A stretch of DNA of 64,000 nucleotides, from positions 49,974,001-50,038,000 of the forward strand of contig OZ249436.1 in NCBI GenBank assembly GCA_965235115.1, given 5' to 3'. Both the position numbers and the translations under genes were made by a program. Shown piece after piece: positions 27,001-38,897 of the stretch. The notes under the pieces were generated by a model. The model saw only the letters and a program-made list of their open reading frames with translations. It was not told where the DNA came from and made no database searches. How positions within the stretch are numbered: position 1 is the first letter of the stretch; each line of letters begins with the position of its first letter. This DNA is from Laetmonice hystrix. Its lineage: Eukaryota.

Positions 27001-30000
27001 CAGTACAGGGAGGAATCGATACAAGGTATACTGGCTGGCCGAGCACCTAAGCGAACACTACAGTGAGGCCAAAGAGTACAGTGAGGCCAAACAGTAGGTA
27101 CACTGCGGGGCCAAGCAGTGTGGGATGCCAACCAGTAGAGTGAGAAGTCCCTATACATCTTACCGGCTGGCCTATAGTAGCCATGCAAACACTACAGTGA
27201 GGTAGTGGAAATGAAAGGTACAGGCGAGGAGCTTCTAATATTAAAATCTGGAGAAGATACTCAAATGGGAAGTGTACACATCACAACCATATAGACTATC
27301 TATAGCGAACGTACGAGACCTATAGGTTTGACAGTTATACATCTGGCCTAAGAATCATAATTTTGGGGGGCGTAGTTTCAATTTGACGTATCAAAAATGT
27401 AGCCATTTTTCGTTTATCATTGCTTTAACCTGTCTCTCGCCTGCCTGCCAGCCCTGGCCGGTGTACGTGGTGATTCCACCGCTGGCCGGAAGGCGGCAGT
27501 GCAGTCAGCGCCGCCGCCGCGCTTCAGTGGAGCTGCGCTGCACCCTGGTGTTTTTTGCCTGCAACGTCTCCGTGTAATCTTTCTTTCTTTGATTGTTTGT
27601 TATTTTGGGGATGACATATCTGTTATAGAGAAAGCGTACAACGTCATTTGCCATTGTTAACTAAACCTTTACGGCAAACAGTCATTGGGACGACCTGACA
27701 ACGTTGTCGGACGCTTACAGATGGCCTGTAGGGGACACAGATTAGATGGCAGTAGATGATAGACGAAACGTATGACCTGCCTCCTGGACAATAAAGGCAT
27801 GGAAACGTGAAACATGAGGCGTCCCTATAATACTGGCTACTCTTCTATACAAGCAAACGGTACAGGGAGGCCAAACAGTACAGGGAGGAATCGATACAAG
27901 GTATACTGGCTGGCCGAGCACCTAAGCGAACACTACAGTCAGGCCAAAGAGTACAGTGAGGCCAAACAGTCGGTACACTGCGGGGCCAAGCAGTGTGGGA
28001 TGCCAACCAGTAGAGTGAGAAGTCCCTATACATCTTACCGGCTGGCCTATAGTAGCCATGCAAACACTACAGTGAGGTAGTGGAAATGAAAGGTACAGGC
28101 GAGGAGCTTCTAATATTAAAATCTGGAGAAGATACTCAAATGGGAAGTGTACACATCACAACCATATATCTATAGCGAACGTACGAGACCTATAGGTTTG
28201 ACAGTTATACATCTGGCCTAAGAATCATAATTTTGGGGGGCGTAGTTTCAATTTGACGTATCAGAAATGTAGCCATTTTTCGTTTATCATTGCTTTAACC
28301 TGTCTCTCGCCTGCCTGCCAGCCCGGGGGGCCTCGGGTGGCCGAGTGGTCTAAGGTGTCGGCTCCATCATGACACCTAGGACCATCGCCTCACACCGCTG
28401 CGACCCGGGTTCGATTCCCGGCCTGGGCTGCATGTGTGAAAGGTTTGTCAGTCAGTTCCTTCCCGAAGGTCGGTGGTTTCCTCCGGGTACTCCGGTTTCC
28501 TCCACCAAGAAAAACTGACTTTCATCTCATCTTCACCGCCGTGATATGACCCTGGCTGTTGCAAGGCGTAAAACCCCAAATACCCACCCACCCACCCGCC
28601 TGCCAGCCCTGGCCGGTGTACGTGGCGATTCCACCGCTGGCTGGAAGGCGGCAGTGCAGTCAGCGCCGCCGCCGCGCTTCAGTGGAGCTGCGCTGCACCC
28701 TGGTGTTTTCTGCCTGCAACGTCTCCGTGTAATCTTTCTTTCTTTGATTGTTTGTTATTTTGGGGATGACATATCTGTTATAGAAAAGGCGTACAACATC
28801 ATTTGCCATTGTTACCTAATCCTTTACGGCAAATAGTCATTGGGACGACCTGACAACGTTGTCGGACGCTTACAGATGGCCTGTAGGGGACACAGATTAG
28901 ATGGCAGTAGATGATAGACGAAACGTATGACCTGCCTCCTGGACAATAAAGGCATGGAAACGTGAAACATGAGGCGTCCCTATAATACTGGCTACTCTTC
29001 TATACAAGCAAACGGTACAGGGAGGCCAAACAGTACAGGGAGGAATCGATACAAGGTATACTGGCTGGCCGAGCACCCAAGCGAACACGACAGGGAGGCC
29101 AAAGAGTACAGTGAGGCCAAACAGTACACTGGGGGCCAAGCAGTGTGGGATGCCAACTAGTAGAGTCAGAAGTCCCTATACATCTTACCGGCTGGCCTAT
29201 AGTAGCCATGCAAACACTACAGTGAGGTAGTGGAAATGAAAGGTACAGGCGAGGAGCTTCTAATATTAAAATCTGGAGAAGATACTCAAATGGGAAGTGT
29301 ACACATCACAACCATATATCTATAGCGAACGTACGAGACCTATAGGTTTGACAGTTATACATCTGGCCTAAGAATCATAATTTTGGGGGGCGTAGTTTCA
29401 ATTTGACGTATCAAAAATGTAGCCATTTTTCGCTTATCATTGCTTTAACCTGTCTCTCGCCTGCCTGCCAGCCCTGGCCGGTGTACGTGGTGATTCCACC
29501 GCTGGCCGGAAGGCGGCAGTGCAGTCAGCGCCGCCGCCACGCTTCAGTGGAGCTGCGCTGCACCCTGGTGTTTTCTGCCTGCAACATCTCCGTGTAATCT
29601 TTGTTTGTTTGTTTGTTTGTTATTTTGGGGATGACATATCTGTTATAGAGAAAGCGTACAACGTCATTTGCCATTGTTAACTAAACCTTTACGGCAAACA
29701 GTCATTGGGACGACCTGACAACGTTGTCGGACGCTTACAGATGGCCTGTAGGGGACACAGATTAGATGGCAGTAGATGATAGACGAAACGTATGACCTGC
29801 CTCCTGGACAATAAAGGCATGGAAACGTGAAACATGAGGCGTCCCTATAATACTGGCTACTCTTCTATACAAGCAAACGGTACAGGGAGGCCAAACAGTA
29901 CAGGGAAGAATCGATACAAGGTATACTGGCTGGCCGAGCACCCAAGCGAACACTACAGTGAGGCCAAAGAGTAGAGTGAGGCCAAACAGTACACTGGGGG

Positions 30001-30828
30001 CCAAGCAGTGTGGGATGCCAACTAGTAGAGTCAGAAGTCCCTATACATCTTACCGGCTGGCCTATAGTAGCCATGCAAACACTACAGTGAGGTAGTGGAA
30101 ATGAAAGGTACAGGCGAGGAGCTTCTAATATTAAAATCTGGAGAAGATACTCAAATGGGAAGTGTACACATCACAACCATATATCTATAGCGAACGTACG
30201 AGACCTATAGGTTTGACAGTTATACATCTGGCCTAAGAATCATAATTTTGGGGGGCGTAGTTTCAATTTGACGTATCAAAAATGTAGCCATTTTTCGCTT
30301 ATCATTGCTTTAACCTGTCTCTCGCCTGCCTGCCAGCCCTGGCCGGTGTACGTGGTGATTCCACCGCTGGCCGGAAGGCGGCAGTGCAGTCAGCGCCGCC
30401 GCCGCGCTTCAGTGGAGCTGCGCTGCACCCTGGTGTTTTCTGCCTGCAACATCTCCGTGTAATCTTTGTTTGTTTGTTTGTTTGTTATTTTGGGGATGAC
30501 ATATCTGTTATAGAGAAAGCGTACAACGTCATTTGCCATTGTTAACTAAACCTTTACGGCAAACAGTCATTGGGACGACCTGACAACGTTGTCGGACGCT
30601 TACAGATGGCCTGTAGGGGACACAGATTAGATGGCAGTAGATGATAGACGAAACATGTGGCCTGCCTCCTGGACAATAAAGGCATGGAAACATGAAACGT
30701 CCCTATACTACTGGTTACTCTTGTATACAAGCAAACGGTACAGGGAGGCCAAACTGTACATGGAGGAATCGCTACAAGGTATACTGGCTGGCCTAGCACC
30801 CAGGCGAACACTACAGTTAGGCCAAAGA
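1..30828. repeat. Satellite DNA array, 865/870/875-bp monomer, 35 full copies plus a diverged terminal partial copy; continues beyond the left edge of the window
   Basis: Monomer anchor CCTATAATACTGG recurs at 1, 866, 1741, 2614, 3489, 4354 ... 28979, 29844. Copies differ by only a few substitutions/short indels. The last copy (about 30650-30828) is visibly more diverged. Confidence 0.99.
28325..28597 (+). mobile_element. tRNA-derived SINE with V-domain-like core, inserted in one satellite monomer
   Basis: A-box TGGCCGAGTGG and B-box GGTTCGATTCC; central GGTTTCCTCCGGGTACTCCGGTTTCCTCC motif typical of V-SINEs; (ACCC)4 tail; 12-bp TSD GCCTGCCAGCCC at 28313-28324 and 28598-28609; all other monomers show the empty site. 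Confidence 0.93.
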
Positions 30829-31088
30829 ATCCAGGATTTCACTAAAGGGGGGGGGGGCACAGAAAAGCAATTCATGATTGTTTGCATTATTAATTTAAGC
30901 TCATGCTCTTTAATTTTAGTTTTAGAGGTATAGGCCTACATAACAGCTCGGGTTTTCCCCGAGATACACCGTCAGTGTTAAAATTAATTCAAAATGAGGG
31001 CTATATAGCCGTGTATAGGCCTAATTAGTGAAGCTAAAGGGGGGGTGGGGGCACGTGCCCTCTGTGTCCCCCTCTGGATCCGCCTTTG
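30823..31088. mobile_element. Non-autonomous DNA element (MITE) of the GGCGGATCCAG...CTGGATCCGCC type; left terminus damaged at the satellite junction
   Basis: Left ATCCAGGATTT (30829) and right CTGGATCCGCCTTTG (31074-31088) are inverted, with internal G-runs. A related right end CCTGGATCCGCCCCTG lies at 47211-47226. Confidence 0.65.
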
Positions 31089-31649
31089 GATGTCGCTGTC
31101 GTAACATACCCGGACAGGAATGCACGTGGACTGCGTGCTCGATCCAATGACGATTCAAACGCCCCAGTTAGCGTCATCCTGCATGTCCAAGTAGATGTTG
31201 CTGTTGGACCTGAACGGAAATGCATACGTTTCTACGACTGATAACCCCGCCACCTGCTGGATTTGGCATTTTCCATGACCATGTCATGTGTTAATCTTGT
31301 CATTCATTTTGCGCATTTTACCGTTTTCACGTTTTCATTGTTTTTCATTGTTTAAACCATTTAATTGTTTAAACCATTGTAATTCACACATTGTTCGACC
31401 TCCCTGTCAGTCCTGGTTACTCTGTGCCTTACCCCCTTTAGCACAAGTGTGTGGCTGATGCTTTTATAGATTTAAACATATGCTATTATCAGTTTTGTTA
31501 CTATGTCCTCCCCTCATAGCCATCCGATCCACCCACCACTCCTAGACCAACTTGAAAATGTAGGCATAAGCTTCACCAACTTTACCAGTTCAATGATACC
31601 GTTTTTATATCGTCTTCCTTGTTCATTTTTTTTCTTTGTTTTACTGCTT

Positions 31650-33640
31650 GTTGTTTTGATATTCGTTCTGCAGCACCTGGCTGTTGTGTATTCATGACAA
31701 GTTCATTCATTGCAAGTTAAAACTTATATTTAACTAAACTTAACCTAACTTACCCTTAACTTAAAGGGAACCATGAACATGGACACAACATATGAAACAA
31801 TGAAAATACTACATCTAAAAACAGTGAAAGAATCAACAGTGTAGGTACATGATGCAAGTATTATACAAGGCTCAAACTTCAACCCACTAAACATCCACAG
31901 CCCCAAATCTGCTGCAATACTTGAAAGCAAACCAACACAACTTTCTCAAGACAATCTAAGGGTAGCATATTTTCCATAATGTTTTCAAATTCATTCGAAC
32001 GTAGATCAACACACAACAACCACTTACCTAGAATATAAACACAACAGATTGAAGCACAGAATTGTGTAATACAAATTGAACCATTATCACGCGAATCTCT
32101 GAGATATAAGGTAAGCAACATAAAAATTAAACCCCACAAACATCTTATTCAAACATGAAGACATTCAATCATTAAGACATTCAAAACATCGAAAACATCA
32201 ATAGAATCAGGGAATAAATAAAGTCAATAGCCCCACCAAAATCATCAAAACAATCACCCATCAGCGTGTGAAAATATCAACCTACAGTGGCGATTCAAAT
32301 GTAAGTATCATACATGACCGTTTGCCTTGAGTATCATTCTCCTGAGCATTTTTCAGTTTGTGTGCATGTAGAACCGCTTTTTACGAATCCACACCTAACT
32401 CCATGATTGATAGGGTACCATCCTTACCAGTTTAGTATTTATGTTATTGTTGAATTTGTCTTTGTTCAATTGTTTTGATATTCATTCTGCAGCACCTGGC
32501 TGCTGTGCATTATACCAACCACATTCAGCATAAGGTTGTGGCATTACTGATGCCTTTATAGGTTATATCTTGCTTAAACGTCGTTATTCGTGTTGTGCAT
32601 TTTTCTCTTTGTCTGAACTGTTATATTCACACCCTGCTCTCTCATTCAGATTTTGCTGCACGAGTCTTCTCTTTTTTTTTCTTCTTTTTTTTTACTTTGT
32701 CACTATCTTTGATTTTCATTTTCGAAATGGACAGTGACATTGGTTCCATGTGATGGAAACTAAACACCTTTGCTTTTCCATGTTTCGCCAAAGTATTATC
32801 GATGATCAGTTTTTGAAGTCACTTCTTTATACTTAAGTGTCATGTGTCTACGTTTTGTCTTATTACATACGCTTTGAAGAATCACAAGAGATCAAACAAT
32901 TGACACTTTATTAATTGAGACTTCGTCAACTTTTGAAGTTATACTTAACTTAAACGACATGAAAACTGCAAAGCAAGAAGCGTCGAACATAGAAGACAAA
33001 AACACTTTAGACAGTATATATTTCAACCATGGACACAATCAACTTTCAACATATGAAAATACAACATGTATATAAAAACAATTACATAGTCAGTGTAGGT
33101 ACATGATGTAAGTATCATACATGGGTCAAACCTCAACCCACTCCATCAACATCCACAGCCCCTAATCTGCTGCAGTAGGCCTACTTGAAAGCAAACCAAC
33201 ACACCTTGCTCCAGGAATGCAATATTATGTGGCATTTCAAATTCATTCGAACATAAGCAGCATAAACATTAACCTCAACAAACATCTTATTGAAACATTA
33301 AAGCATTCAAATTATCGGAAACATAAAAAGAGGGAAATAAATGAAATCAAATGCACACAAATACGTAATCAAACCGATCAACCACCAGTGTGTGAAAATA
33401 CCAAAACAGCAACATACCTAATACATGTGCGACTCATATACAAGTACACCGTATCATAACATTTGACTGTTTGGCTTGAATAGCGTTCTCCTGAGCATTG
33501 TTTATCGTTTGTGGAACTCCAGAGTATTAATCAATGAAAATCGATAATAAACCTATTGTTTCTGTAGTATCATACATGGGCCAAACCTTGACCCACTCAA
33601 CATACAAAGTCCTAAATCTGCTGCAGTGTTTTAAGGCAAC
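31650..33640. repeat. Old, decayed dispersed/tandem duplications (~1.2 kb scale)
   Basis: Shared blocks: TTCTGCAGCACCTGGCTG near 31666 and 32485; CAGTGTAGGTACATGATG...AATCTGCTGCA...CTTGAAAGCAAACCAACAC near 31838 and 33091 (partial at ~33565); TTCTCCTGAGCATT near 32337 and 33486. Confidence 0.75.
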
Positions 33641-33708
33641 CCCCACACAAAAAGAACATACAGACAAACACATACTCTTTCAAACATTTGAACATGTACG
33701 TTATTTTT

Positions 33709-34297
33709 CATGTTGGCACCCTAGGTTTGTGTCTTTTTATTGTTTTTATGTATGCACCAGTTTTTGTCAGCGATTTCGTGTTTAAACCTGAGCATGTCGA
33801 CATCCTTGATTTGTTTCTTTTTATCGTTATACCGATGTACCAGTTTCTGTCAGCGATTTCGTGTTTAAACCTGAGCATCTTGACATGCTTGATTTGTGCC
33901 TTTTTATTGTTATACTGATGCACCAGTTTTTGTCAGTGATTTCATGCTTAAACCTAAGCATGTTGGCACCCTTGGTTTGTGTCTTTATTGTTATACTCAT
34001 TCACCAGTTTTTTCAGCAATCTCATGTTTAACCCTGAGTCATGTTGACACCCTTGGTTTGTGTCGTTATTGTTATAGTGATGTACCAGTTTTGGTCAGCG
34101 ATTTCTGTTTAAACATGAGCCCGTTGGCACCCTTGGTTTGTATTTTTATACTCATTCACCAGTTTTTTTCAGCGATTTCATGTTTAAACCTGAGTCATGT
34201 TGACACCCTTGGTTTGTGTCTTTATTGTTATACATGTACTGATGTACCAGTTTTTGTCAGCGATTTTGTGTTTAAACCCAAGCACGTTGGCACCCTT
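33709..34297. repeat. Degenerate ~80-bp minisatellite, ~7 copies
   Basis: Recurring TGTTGGCACCCTTGGTTTGTGTCTTTATTG...CCAGTTTTTGTCAGCGATTTC...TTTAAACCTGAG; e.g. period 81 between 33961 and 34042. Confidence 0.9.
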
Positions 34298-37200
34298 GAA
34301 ATCCTTAAAGAGGCCAAAGAACCTATTTTCACACGTTCAAAGAGTCCTACACTAATCCATTCAGACTTGCATTCAAAACTTAAAAACCGACCACAAGCTA
34401 TACAATAAACTATGATGCACACAATTGTGTAATACACATTGATTCAAACACCATCACGTGAATCATGATCATCAGAATAAGAAAAGATTAAATCATCAGG
34501 TGCCCTGTTTCAGTGGCAGTGTATGAAAGCCAAAGAACACCGTATTTTTGCACTGTTCAAATACATTAAAACATGAGGACCTTAAATTTAAACACAATCT
34601 GGTAGGGTTAAATAAATCTTAACAACAGTCTAGCCCTTAAGATGCCCTTTACCTTTCGTAAAAAGGATTAAGAAGGCCAGAATGTTGCCTGAAAAAAGCA
34701 AGCATACAAAAGATTATACTATGCCCTATTCAGATAGCAAATGGATAGTATGATCAACATGACCAATCTGAAGAATACAGGTTAATAAGCCTAAGTTAAT
34801 AGGCATAAGTTAAGCAGGCAGCCATCTGGGAAGGTAGAGCAGTCGTAGGGCAGGGACATGGCCAGGCAGACAAGCATGCAGTTTTCCAGGGATTGGCCTC
34901 ACGCAACCACACCCTCAACCACCCACCCACTTACCACCAACCAGCCCACCATCTGACCGCCTGCCACCTGACGTGTCCACCCGCTGACCCAACCACCCAT
35001 TTGATCACCAGCCTTGTTACCTGAAAACCAACAGGAAAACCAGCCCATCTAACTACCTATGCTCCCCAACCAAACAACGCACTATCTAATCAACCAACCA
35101 ACCAACTAAGCAATTAATTAATTAACCTATGAATATTTATAATCTAGGCCCTAACAATGCCCCAACAATGAAATTAGGCCCATCATCAAGCCAAAAATGT
35201 TAATTCACGTACCTTTTCTGCAGATTCTGCAGGTTTTAGGGCGTGCTTTCCAACTTGTCAGCCTTTAGCCATCATCTAGTTGCATAATGACCACCTCAAG
35301 GAAGCTCGGGGAAGATAATTTTTTAAAATATGAAATTAAACCTGAAGGGAACATTTTCAGCAAAAATAATCAACAGTTTTTATGGTGAGAAAACACCTTT
35401 CAGCAGCAAGATATATAATAAAATAATTAAAATATGAAATGAAACCTGAAGGGAACAGTTTTTATGGCAGCAAGTAACTGACAAACTTTGTCTCATCGAT
35501 GTCCGAATGGAATACGAACCTGAGAGGCCAAGGAGCTCAGGGGCTCACTTGGTCACTGCAATTGTTCTGTCAAAAATGTTCACGAAAAGGCATAGAAGCT
35601 GAAGGTGAACTAATGTCATAGTCGGCTATCTACTTCCCTGACCACCGGATCTGGCGTCTAAACAACACATAATTACCCACTGGTGACATCTATAAGCATC
35701 TTTGGCACAGGATGCCGGCTGTCGGCGCGAGGAGGAACCCTTGCCGAACAGTCCCGTACATTGCCCCTCCTCTCTGGGACACACTGCCCCCCAATCTGTA
35801 TGGCCAATGAACAGTTTGAACTAGAACTAATGTCATAGTTGACTGTCCGATTCTAACAACTTTTACCAGCAGCATGCGAGGACAGACTACGAAAGGTGGC
35901 GGGTTAGGACAAACACTGTCAGACTCCACTGCAGTAGATTGAAGCCTGCTGACCACTCCACTGTGACTCAACAAATTACAACGCGACAGTTACCCAGACA
36001 GCGGCCAGTGTGAACATTCTGACTTGGCAATAAGGTATAGTTTAACAATTGTTTATACATCACAGTACAGTGACGTCAACCTAGCGTTTGGACAACTTAC
36101 CGCCCAATCTACCCACCATCTATCAACCAACTAGCTAAGTAATTAAACAACCAACCAATCATTTTCCCTTTTTCGTGACAGGTTCCAGGTAGATGGACAA
36201 CTGAAAACAAGAAAGGTTGGAAGGTTAATAAAACGATTTAAAATGATACACACGTAAATCGACATAACTGACTTATACTTGTGTCTTGTAATATAATTGG
36301 ACCAATTTGTCAAAAAAGGAGGCCTATGCCCATTTGTTGATAGGGGCCTGCATTCCTGAAAATTTCTGAGAACTGATGTGAGAATTCCTCAGTCGGTTTA
36401 ACAATTACTAAAGTAAGGAGTAGCCAAGTTCATAAAAGCTCTTCAACGAAACAAACTTTAAATAATACCCGAATGTGTGCACCTGATCGATCAGAAACTC
36501 ACCTTTATCAAGCTGTGGCCCATGCTTGATGAAACCAGCAGAGTAGGCCTACGCTACCTGGAAATTAATTAAAGGCAAAGAGTAAATAAACCCGTCACAA
36601 AACATCACTGTTTTAACTTATTAGCATCTTAACATGCCTTCATCGTACACGATCTGTTCCCCTAAAATAATTCCTTCCGTTTAAACTCAACGGCATTTGA
36701 GATTCTACCTCACATTACATGATCAGGCGTGCATTGTAGGCCTACGTGCCGGACCTGGGCCGAATGTCTTTCTAAAGAAAAATTAGGCTTATACCTACCT
36801 CTGATCACACGCAAGACCTGTGCAGTTTTCGTCGCTACCAGCAAGTGAGGTTTTGTGAAGCAGTCGAGTTCTTCGTTCGGTTGAATTTGAATTGGTTTCA
36901 ATGACGTGCAGTGGCCCTACAATCTCACTGTGGGAATGCCAGGTAACGACTGACGAATGGCACTCAAACCAGATCGAACCAGCGAATCTTGCCGCCACGC
37001 ATGCGCACCGACAAGTGTAATGAATATTCATGTAGTTCTGCTGCAATGTGAGACAGGGTCGGCTCTCATTGTGAAGGCATTGTGCAGAATTGCATGCTTC
37101 AATGAATTGCTGGAAATGCACACATGCAAGCTCGCGCATGCTATATCAACAATGAGCGGTCATCCACTGCAAAATTAAACCAATCTTTGACCGAAATTAT

Positions 37201-38634
37201 CTATCAGTGAGATATTATATATTTATCCATTCATTCATTTATTCATTTAGTAAATGCTCGTCATCTTCAGGGCGAGAACGGCGGATATCATATCAGTCCT
37301 GTTGCCGACATGCTGGGCTAAATCGGTCACGTCGTTCGTCCCACTTTGCTGATCTGCCCATGTCACCACTTGTGGAGTCTCCTAGCCGCACTACCCCCCC
37401 CCCCCCCCACTGCGCCTACCCCACCTGTAATCCACCTATGTAGTCGGGGTGGGAGGGGGTCGGATGGCAAGGAGGCGCCAACAGAATTATGTAATCCACT
37501 GGGGCCGCTTCCATGTACACAACTCACAGTGTTATACACGTACTTTTGTCCCGGCCAGCATAATGTTCTACCTGGGTGGTAAATATTGGAAGGGGGCCTG
37601 GAAGACCTCGTTATCAGACATTTAGCTTGGTTGAAGATGCCCCCTCCCTTCAAAAAAATCTTGATACCTTGGGGGGGGGGGGGTAGAAAACATATTCCTG
37701 ACGACTCCCGTATAGCGCAAGATTTAATTATAACTATGTAAAGGTGTATTCATAAAAGGTAGCCTATAATCAGTGTGGTTTTCACGGGGAAGCCGACTGG
37801 TGGTATGTCACAGGTGCAAGGTTCTGGGAGACGGTATTGTGTCAGGCCACAGTCGTTATACTACTGGTGACTTATGATTGTATCAGTGAGTGTGCGGCTA
37901 TAATATCGTATTCTGGTGATATAGTCTAATTCTAACTGTCTTCGCTATGAACTGAAAGGGGGAGGTGTGATAAAAAAATGTTCCAAATATTATGACACTG
38001 GGGTAAAAATTATCTTTAGAGTTACAAGTTACAGTCAAGAAAAGAGTGTTCTAGAATTTTTTGGCCCACCCGATATACCCCCGAGGACATTTACCCCCTA
38101 GGACTTCGACACCCTCGGACTCGCCCCCCCCCCCCCAGGACATTAATTGGACCCCCACCGCTTCCGTCCCATTACACTATGCTGTTACATCTTCGCTTGT
38201 TATTTATTATATTCATCTCTAATATGACTTCTACCACTCTTTCCTGTTGGATGGAATAAACGTGCAAAAAAGAGGATGGAGTGACTAAAGTAAACCTTTC
38301 AATATCATTAATGCAGAATATATAAATTTAAGGTGAAAATGCTCATGATTGATTGCGAACGCACTTTGAATTGAATGTTGAATTTAATACCAGACGGCAT
38401 CATTCCTAGGAATGGCAACTGCAGTGGCGCAGAGCCTTGGACACCTACATAGACCATGATAGACGCAGTTATATACACGAAAAGAGATTACTTTAAAAAA
38501 TGGGGACCACTTGGGTGGTTTTGTTCATAATTGTGTGTGGGATGAGTATCCGAAAGGTTTTTCCAGGTTCAGAATGGGGCGATCATATTGCCCTTCTATA
38601 GGTAGGCTATCTCTAATGCATTCGGTATAGGCTA

Positions 38635-38897
38635 TATCGGTCATATCGTGCCGTGTGGACATATCGTGCCGTTTTGGATGAAAAACTGCAGACAATGCAT
38701 ATCGTGCCGGTCGGACATATCGTGCCGGCTTTGCTGAAAAGAACGCGGACAGTCCCGGTCGGACATATTGTGCCGGCTTTGTTGAAAAAACGCGGACATA
38801 TCGTGCCGGTCGGACATGTCGTGCCGTTTTGGGGGGAAAACTCCGGACATATCGTGCCGGGGACATATCGTGCCAGGCGGACATATCGTGCCGCAAC
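38635..38897. repeat. Cluster of ~9 GGACATATCGTGCCG motifs, probably the internal repeat array of a non-autonomous element
   Basis: Motif repeats with variable 1-25 bp spacers; termini were not resolved. Confidence 0.75.

Noticed and set aside
28325..28415. tRNA gene
   Set aside because: A/B boxes are present, but they are followed by a SINE body, tail and TSD, and there is no clean cloverleaf.
1..30828. Dozens of recurrent 60-105 aa ORFs in the satellite
   Set aside because: They recur only because the DNA is repeated. They overlap on both strands, show no recognisable domain, and are broken by frameshifts or stops in many monomers.
1..30828. rDNA/5S, histone, U-snRNA or tRNA gene cluster; CRISPR array
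   Set aside because: No diagnostic motif of these genes on either strand; there are no unique spacers and the context is eukaryotic.
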